A stretch of 12,640 bases of DNA from Snowella sp. (GTDB taxonomy: Bacteria; Cyanobacteriota; Cyanobacteriia; Cyanobacteriales; Microcystaceae). This document shows positions 1-5,196 of the stretch, one piece after another. The translations under genes and the position numbers were made by a program. The notes under the pieces are model-generated. The model worked only from the letters and a program-made list of their open reading frames with translations. It was not told the DNA's origin and searched no databases. Positions within the stretch are counted from its first letter, which is position 1. Every line of letters starts with the position of its first letter. The stretch spans positions 1 through 12,640 of the forward strand of contig JAYKGY010000112.1 of the NCBI GenBank assembly GCA_035285545.1, in the 5' to 3' direction.

Positions 1-126
1 CTCTTTGCGCTCTCAGAATCGCAATGTCCTAGAATTTATGACTGACGCAGTTAGAGCTAATCGCAAAGGAACCACTTCTCCTTCTTTGTTACCTCAGTAG
101 CTGTTACACTCCCTCTGAACGATTAC
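1..126 (+). mobile_element. Right end of an IS66-family insertion sequence (partial, runs off the window)
   Basis: Transposase-like C-terminus in frame 2 ends at TAG 98-100. It is followed by CCCTCTGAACGATTAC (111-126), whose reverse complement GTAATCGTTCAGAGGG starts with the GTAA typical of IS66 termini. LRR coding sequence resumes in register at 127. Confidence 0.8.
2..100 (+). CDS. IS66-family transposase, C-terminal 32 aa (5' partial)
   Basis: Manual translation of frame 2: SLRSQNRNVLEFMTDAVRANRKGTTSPSLLPQ*. This resembles the '(T/S)LRxQxRNVLEFLxxA...PSLLP' tail of cyanobacterial IS66 transposases. Not in the ORF track because it has no start in the window. Confidence 0.8.
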   Translation, partial: SLRSQNRNVLEFMTDAVRANRKGTTSPSLLPQ

Positions 127-540
127 AATTTGACAAAACTTAATCTTAGTAATAATCAAATAAGTGTAATTCCTGATTCAATTGCAGAATTAGAAAATTT
201 AACAGAGCTTGATCTTGGCCATAACCAAATAAGTGTAATTTCTGATTCAATTGCAGAATTAAAAAACCTGATAACACTTTATCTTTGGGATAACCAAATA
301 AGCAAAATTCCTAACGCGATCATGGAATTAGAAAAATTGGAAGAGCTTGGTCTCAATAGTAACCAAATAAATGAAATTCCTAACACAATTGCCAAATTAA
401 CTAATCTAAAAGAACTTTATCTTAGTGATAACCAAATTAGTGAAATTCCCAATGAAATTGCAGAATTGAAAAAATTAAAAACACTTGACCTCCGTGATAA
501 CCAGATTAGAGAGATTCCAGAAATAATTTTGCAGCTCGAA
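127..540 (+). repeat. Six tandem 69-bp (23-aa) LRR coding units
   Basis: Units start at 127, 196, 265, 334, 403 and 472. Positions 157-192 and 226-261 are identical at 35 of 36 nt. Confidence 0.9.
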
Positions 541-1248
541 AACTTAGAAAGACACCCAGATGGAATGATAGAAGGGATAGGTCTACAAGGTAATCCTATT
601 ATTAATCCTCCCTATGAAATTGCAGAAAAAGGAATTTATTCTATTCGCGCCTATTTTCTAAATCGACAACTATCTCGTTATAAAGGTGACTATGCTTTGA
701 AAATTGAACGTAGTATTGAATTTCCTCCAGAATATTGGACAGCAGGAACCTCAATTTTGTCTTATTTTAGTCATATTCTCAGCGTTAAATATCCAGACCA
801 AAATATTAAAGTAAGAATTGAACAAGAAGGCTTATTACTCCGAATGATTATTGATACACCCGAAGGAGAAAAAGATATTATAGAACAAACCTTTAATGAT
901 TATATAATGGTAATTTCTCGCACACTCCCTCCAGAAAGCTTACTAGATAATCCTTATGAAGTAATGGCTTTAAAAAATAAATTAGAAATTGCTGAACTAG
1001 AATTAAGACAAGCAAAGGAACTTTTTGCCATTCTTAGCGATAGAGATCGTCAAAGAATTAATGCTTTAGAAATGCAAGTTAGTCAACTCTTTTCTATTAT
1101 TGAAAAAGGATTCCAAAAAGATCATCATACGACTGTTAACATTATTCAAGAACTCTCTAATCAGAATACTCATCGACAAATTAACGGTGATGATATTAGT
1201 GGTGATAAAGTCGGTAATGATAAAATTGGGCGCGATAAAGTCCAGTGA
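127..1248 (+). CDS. Leucine-rich repeat protein, 5'-truncated by IS66: 6 LRRs, LRR cap, uncharacterised domain, coiled coil, C-terminal GDK pentapeptide repeat
   Basis: The track's start (TTG at 130) is the Leu of an LRR unit (N-L-T-K-L-N-L-S-N-N-Q) that directly abuts the IS end, with no Shine-Dalgarno. Six 23-aa LxxLxLxxNQIxxIPxxIxxL units, then the cap GNPIINPPYEIAEKGIYSIRAYF, a domain starting IERSIEFPPEYW, a heptad-like helix, and GDDISGDKVGNDKIGRDKVQ*. Confidence 0.85.
   Translation, partial: NLTKLNLSNNQISVIPDSIAELENLTELDLGHNQISVISDSIAELKNLITLYLWDNQISKIPNAIMELEKLEELGLNSNQINEIPNTIAKLTNLKELYLSDNQISEIPNEIAELKKLKTLDLRDNQIREIPEIILQLENLERHPDGMIEGIGLQGNPIINPPYEIAEKGIYSIRAYFLNRQLSRYKGDYALKIERSIEFPPEYWTAGTSILSYFSHILSVKYPDQNIKVRIEQEGLLLRMIIDTPEGEKDIIEQTFNDYIMVISRTLPPESLLDNPYEVMALKNKLEIAELELRQAKELFAILSDRDRQRINALEMQVSQLFSIIEKGFQKDHHTTVNIIQELSNQNTHRQINGDDISGDKVGNDKIGRDKVQ
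1186..1245 (+). repeat. Four 15-bp units encoding GDDIS-GDKVG-NDKIG-RDKVQ at the extreme C-terminus of the LRR protein
   Basis: ggtgatgatattagt / ggtgataaagtcggt / aatgataaaattggg / cgcgataaagtccag, then TGA. Confidence 0.85.
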
Positions 1249-1260
1249 GAATTATTAAAA

Positions 1261-1539
1261 ATGACCCTTGAGTTTGAATGGGATCACAATAAAAGTGAGA
1301 GCAACTTACAAAAACACGGCGTTTCCTTTGAAGAAGCTCAAACCATCTTTTCCGATCCTGATTCCCAGACTTATTTTGACTCTATCCATTCCCAAGATGA
1401 ACCACGTTATATTGATATCGGCATTTCATCTAGAGGAAGACTTTTAATCGTCGTCTATACTGAACGTAACAGTAAAATTCGCATCATTAGTTCTCGTTTA
1501 TGTACGCCTAAAGAGGCACAACGCTATGAAACAAACTGA
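1261..1539 (+). CDS. brnT: BrnT-family (DUF497) type II ribonuclease toxin
   Basis: 92 aa with the family motifs FEWDxxKxxxNxxKHGVSFEEA, R-Y-I-D-I-G, LLIVVYTER and IRIISxR...ExxRYE. Overlaps the next gene by 14 nt. Confidence 0.92.
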   Translation: MTLEFEWDHNKSESNLQKHGVSFEEAQTIFSDPDSQTYFDSIHSQDEPRYIDIGISSRGRLLIVVYTERNSKIRIISSRLCTPKEAQRYETN

Positions 1540-2098
1540 TAATCCGATAGTTCAATCTGATGATGAAATGTTACCCGAATACGATTTTAGCCAATTAGGC
1601 CAACCTGTACGTGGTAAACATGCTCAAGCAATGCGCCAAGGCTACTCTGTCATCGTTCATCACCCTGATGGAACAACCACACACCGAGAAATTCCGCCCC
1701 AAGATGCAAACTCGAATACCTCTATTTATCATGGCGACTATGTAAATGGCGACAAGATAATGGGAGATAAAGTAATGGGTGACAAAATCGGCACTCAAAT
1801 TAATAACGCCAACACTGCTGAACTTTTACAAATTCTTGCTAATCTACGCCAAACTGCTACCCAATTTCCCAACGATATTCAAGAAGGCGTAATGGTCGAT
1901 CTAGAAGAAGTTGAAACAGAAATTACCAAGCCCGAAGCTCAACGAAATCTTCCTAAATTAAGAATGCGATTAATTGCCCTAGCTACTATTGTATCCGTCG
2001 CGGGTGGCGCGATCGCGAATATTGCTGACTTTACCAATAACATTACCGATCTGGCGACCAAAGCAGGGATCGAACTGAAACTTCCCTCTGGATTTTAG
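1526..2098 (+). CDS. Chimeric protein: BrnA-like antitoxin N-terminus (aa 1-~58), GDK pentapeptide repeat (aa 70-89), helical domain with a hydrophobic segment (aa ~95-190)
   Basis: DEMLPEYDFS...VRGKH is the typical N-terminus of BrnT-associated antitoxins, and the gene overlaps brnT. The remainder (GDYVNGDKIMGDKVMGDKIGTQINN...LIALATIVSVAGGAIANIA...) does not resemble a BrnA C-terminus. Confidence 0.75.
   Translation: MKQTDNPIVQSDDEMLPEYDFSQLGQPVRGKHAQAMRQGYSVIVHHPDGTTTHREIPPQDANSNTSIYHGDYVNGDKIMGDKVMGDKIGTQINNANTAELLQILANLRQTATQFPNDIQEGVMVDLEEVETEITKPEAQRNLPKLRMRLIALATIVSVAGGAIANIADFTNNITDLATKAGIELKLPSGF
1733..1792 (+). repeat. Four 15-bp units encoding GDYVN-GDKIM-GDKVM-GDKIG
   Basis: ggcgactatgtaaat / ggcgacaagataatg / ggagataaagtaatg / ggtgacaaaatcggc. 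Confidence 0.88.
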
Positions 2099-2172
2099 CT
2101 ATTATTGCTATTTAACGATTATTTATGAAGATAATTCATCTAATTTTGCTAATAATCTTAAACCTTTAAAAA

Positions 2173-2610
2173 ATGAGCAGTTTACTTTATCAACAAGACT
2201 TTGTGCAATGGACAGAAGAACAAGCCCGACACATTCAAAATCAAGAATTAGACGCTATTGATTGGCAAAACATTCAGGAGGAAATCGCCGCCTTGGGTCG
2301 TAGTGAAAAACACCAACTCGATAATCGCTTAGAAGTATTGCTTGAACACCTTTTAAAACGCTGTTATATCAATAGCACCTACGATAATCGCGGTTGGGAA
2401 TTGACTATCAAAGAACAACGTAAACAGATTCGACGCTTATTGCGTATTTCTCCTAGCCTCAAAAATTATGCTGAGACAGTTCTTGAGGAAATTTGGCAAG
2501 ATGCCTGCTCTGATGTTCAAGATATCTATCCTAATATCACTTTGCCTGATGCCAATCCTTTTTCAGAAGACTTAGAAGCGTTACTAACTAAAACTTTTTG
2601 GCAATCTTAA
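2173..2610 (+). CDS. DUF29 family protein
   Basis: 145 aa with LYxxDFxxWxxxQA, DWxNxxEEIxxLGRSE, LLxHLLK, WxxTIxEQR, SPSLK and a P-F terminal motif, all characteristic of DUF29. Confidence 0.92.
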   Translation: MSSLLYQQDFVQWTEEQARHIQNQELDAIDWQNIQEEIAALGRSEKHQLDNRLEVLLEHLLKRCYINSTYDNRGWELTIKEQRKQIRRLLRISPSLKNYAETVLEEIWQDACSDVQDIYPNITLPDANPFSEDLEALLTKTFWQS

Positions 2611-2661
2611 TTTTGTAGCGTGATCGCTTTTTAATCATTTTTTCTACAATTCTGCTGATAA

Positions 2662-2673
2662 AAGAATATTCTT
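2662..2673. promoter_or_regulatory. Perfect 12-bp AT-rich palindrome upstream of the iron permease; candidate regulator site
   Basis: AAGAATATTCTT is its own reverse complement and lies about 160 bp upstream of the FTR1 start. It resembles Fur-type half sites but lacks the 7-1-7 spacer base. Confidence 0.25.
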
Positions 2674-2832
2674 AGTCTTAAGGGGTGACAAAACGAGTAC
2701 TCAAATCAACAAGGGAACTTATTACTTTTGCAGAATGAAGTCATAACTTAAGTATCAGCAATGCCGTTAATTCTTCAGGACTGGTAAATTGGTAATTGTT
2801 GGTTAAACAGAATTAAACAAAGTCAATAAAAC

Positions 2833-3771
2833 ATGGATTTTACTGCTGCTTTACCGATCTTTGTGGTGACGCTCCGAGAAGGATTTGAAGCCGCTTTAGT
2901 GGTGGGTATTGTCCTCGCCTGTCTCAAAAAAGCAGGGCAAACTCAACTGAATCGCTGGGTGTATCAAGGCGTAAGTGGGGGCATTGTGGCCAGTGTGATG
3001 GTGGGCTTCTTATTAGGGGGCGTTTTGCAAGGGGTCGAAACTTCCCAAAGTCCCTATACACCGATGTTAAAAGCAGCTTTATCGGGTTTATTTGGATTGA
3101 TTGCTATTGTCATGCTCAGTTGGATGCTGATTTGGATGACGAAACAGGCGAAATCTCTTAAATCCGAAGTAGAAGGCGAAATTCAATCGGCCCTAGCTCA
3201 GCAAGATGATGCGGGAAAGGTGGTGTTCCTATTAGTCTTTATCGCGGTTTTACGGGAAGGCTTTGAAACGGTGTTATTTATTGTGGCTAAGTTTCAGGAT
3301 AGTTGGACGGTTCCCACCATCGGTGCGATCGCGGGATTATTAACCGCAGCCGGATTAGGATTTCTACTGTTTGCTGTCGGGGTTAAAATTAATTTACGGC
3401 TCTTTTTCCAAGTAATGGGGGGATTTTTGCTCTTAATTGTTGGAGGCTTGGTGATGAGTGTCTTAAAAAATGTGGACTTAGCCGTGAAATTGTTAGGGGA
3501 ATTAGACAGCCGCTATGCCAATCTCTGTCTTTTAGCGGGGGATTCCTGCTTATTAGGCAATCAAATTTGGGATGGATCGCAAATTTTACCCGATAAGCAA
3601 TTTCCAGGCATTTTACTCAAAGCGTTGTTTGGTTATCGTCAAACGTTGTATCTGGTGCAGGCGATCGCCTACGGTCTTTTTGTCGGAACAATGGGCACGA
3701 TTTACTTCCAGAGTTTTAAATCTCCAGTTTCTACCGTTGTCCCTTCAAGCCGGCTCAATAAGGTTAATTAA
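2833..3771 (+). CDS. FTR1/EfeU-family iron permease
   Basis: Two REGxE iron-binding motifs (TLREGFEA and VLREGFET), about seven hydrophobic segments, and a C-terminal LFGY motif. Confidence 0.93.
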   Translation: MDFTAALPIFVVTLREGFEAALVVGIVLACLKKAGQTQLNRWVYQGVSGGIVASVMVGFLLGGVLQGVETSQSPYTPMLKAALSGLFGLIAIVMLSWMLIWMTKQAKSLKSEVEGEIQSALAQQDDAGKVVFLLVFIAVLREGFETVLFIVAKFQDSWTVPTIGAIAGLLTAAGLGFLLFAVGVKINLRLFFQVMGGFLLLIVGGLVMSVLKNVDLAVKLLGELDSRYANLCLLAGDSCLLGNQIWDGSQILPDKQFPGILLKALFGYRQTLYLVQAIAYGLFVGTMGTIYFQSFKSPVSTVVPSSRLNKVN

Positions 3772-3934
3772 AATGGGAATGGGCCAATGATTATTTTCGA
3801 GGAAACTTTGTTTTTTTCCCGCCGTCTAGGAAATCGATATGAGGTTTTATTCTTTTTTTAATAACTCAACCACTTGCCTGTCTTCATTCTTTTAATAGGC
3901 AACTTTAAAGATTGGACTTAGGAAAAGTAACCCT

Positions 3935-5017
3935 ATGAAACTCACACTGACTCAACCATTAACGCCTGTAGCCCTCGCTGTTTTGACGGTTGTAACGGCC
4001 GTTCCGGTACAAGCTGCTAGCTTTCAACAACAAGAGGTAGATCAAGCTCAATTTATCGCGATCGCCAGACCCTACGGTGGAAATAAGTACGATCTGCTGA
4101 TTTTGCAACAACTTCCAGGGAAGCGGCAATGTTGGCAAAAAATGGGCAATAATCCGGTGATGGTCAATCCTTTATTGCTGAATTTTGACTTTACCGGCAG
4201 TTGTGAGCGTAGTACGGACAGTAACGGCTATTCTATTCGGCTGGATGGGCAAGACTTAGGCTTAGATTACCTCTTGCGGGTTGTGCAGGGGAACGGGGAA
4301 TTAGTCCTCGTCGGAACCAGTCGCCGTAATGGAAATCCCCAAGAAATGGTGATCGGTCGGACTCGTGGCTTAGGGTCAGGATTTATGAAAATTGAATTAG
4401 ATCCAGGTTGGCGATTTACCAAACGAGCTTACAACGGTCGCGCCTTATCCCATGTTTATTTAACCGGCGATCGCAGTGCCATGAATTTTTCGACCCCTAC
4501 TGCGTCATCAACCTCATCTGCTAACAATTTCTCTTCAGGCAAAACCGTTCGAGAATTTACCTTCACCGCCCCGACGGCCCCTGCCCCTACGCCAGGAAAT
4601 CGAAATTTGAGGTCTTCCAATCCGCCCTCTCCTCCTGTCAACCCCAACGTCAACCGTCCTGCCAATCGAACCGTTGCCAATGTTCCTTCCCCTAGCTCGA
4701 CCTATCGTGGCGGCAATTTATTACCCCCTCCGCCCCCCCCTAAAGTTCCGAGAGCAGCGAATCAATCATCCGTCAGCTTCCCTCCGAATGCAGGCGTTAA
4801 CCCTTATCGTTTTAGCGGGACTTCCTATAAAGTGATGGCTGCGGTCTCGAATGAAATGCAACAAACCCAAGTGCGATCGCTCTATCCCGATGCGTTCCCT
4901 ACCTCCTATAAAGGTCAACGAGTCCTTCAGGTGGGCGTATTTAGCACCCAGGAAAATGCCCAACAAGCCTATCAAAATCTTCAAAATGCGGGATTACGGG
5001 CGATTATGACTCCTTAA
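3935..5017 (+). CDS. Exported DUF3747-domain protein with a Pro/Ser/Asn-rich linker and a C-terminal SPOR-like domain
   Basis: Signal peptide ending VQA|AS. DUF3747 motifs QCW, PLLLNFDFTGxCxRSTDSNGYSIR, GWRFTKRAYNGxxLxHVYL. Low-complexity linker. Ends with LQVGVFSTQENAQQAYQNLQNAGL (SPOR-like). Confidence 0.85.
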   Translation: MKLTLTQPLTPVALAVLTVVTAVPVQAASFQQQEVDQAQFIAIARPYGGNKYDLLILQQLPGKRQCWQKMGNNPVMVNPLLLNFDFTGSCERSTDSNGYSIRLDGQDLGLDYLLRVVQGNGELVLVGTSRRNGNPQEMVIGRTRGLGSGFMKIELDPGWRFTKRAYNGRALSHVYLTGDRSAMNFSTPTASSTSSANNFSSGKTVREFTFTAPTAPAPTPGNRNLRSSNPPSPPVNPNVNRPANRTVANVPSPSSTYRGGNLLPPPPPPKVPRAANQSSVSFPPNAGVNPYRFSGTSYKVMAAVSNEMQQTQVRSLYPDAFPTSYKGQRVLQVGVFSTQENAQQAYQNLQNAGLRAIMTP

Positions 5018-5196
5018 AATGATTCAATGTTTAAATATAGGGGAATAACCTGACATAGCCAACTTTTGCAGGGTGTTGCGTTCCCCCCATTCCGCTGGTT
5101 AAAGAGGGACAAAAATAATTCAGAATCAGTTAAAAGAAGAGGATCGTAGCGGCGACAAGCGTTGCTAAAGAACCGCAAAAAATAACGTCGCTCATC

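Noticed and set aside
127..540. 69-bp periodicity as a CRISPR array or DGR repeat pair
   Set aside because: Units are in-frame LRR codons with no repeat-spacer structure. No cas or reverse transcriptase gene is in the window, and the one difference in the near-identical pair is C/T, not adenine-specific.
1595..1798. 67-aa minus-strand ORF antisense to the antitoxin fusion
   Set aside because: Shadow of the plus-strand gene; no recognisable motif.
3572..4984. Short alternative ORFs 3572-3790 (+), 4456-4680 (-) and 4766-4984 (-)
   Set aside because: They overlap well-supported genes in other frames or strands and show no family features.
5147..5167. Hairpin TAGCGGCG-ACAAG-CGTTGCTA between the convergent DUF3747 and cyclase genes as a terminator
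   Set aside because: Needs two G-U pairs, forms only on the plus strand, and has no following U-tract.
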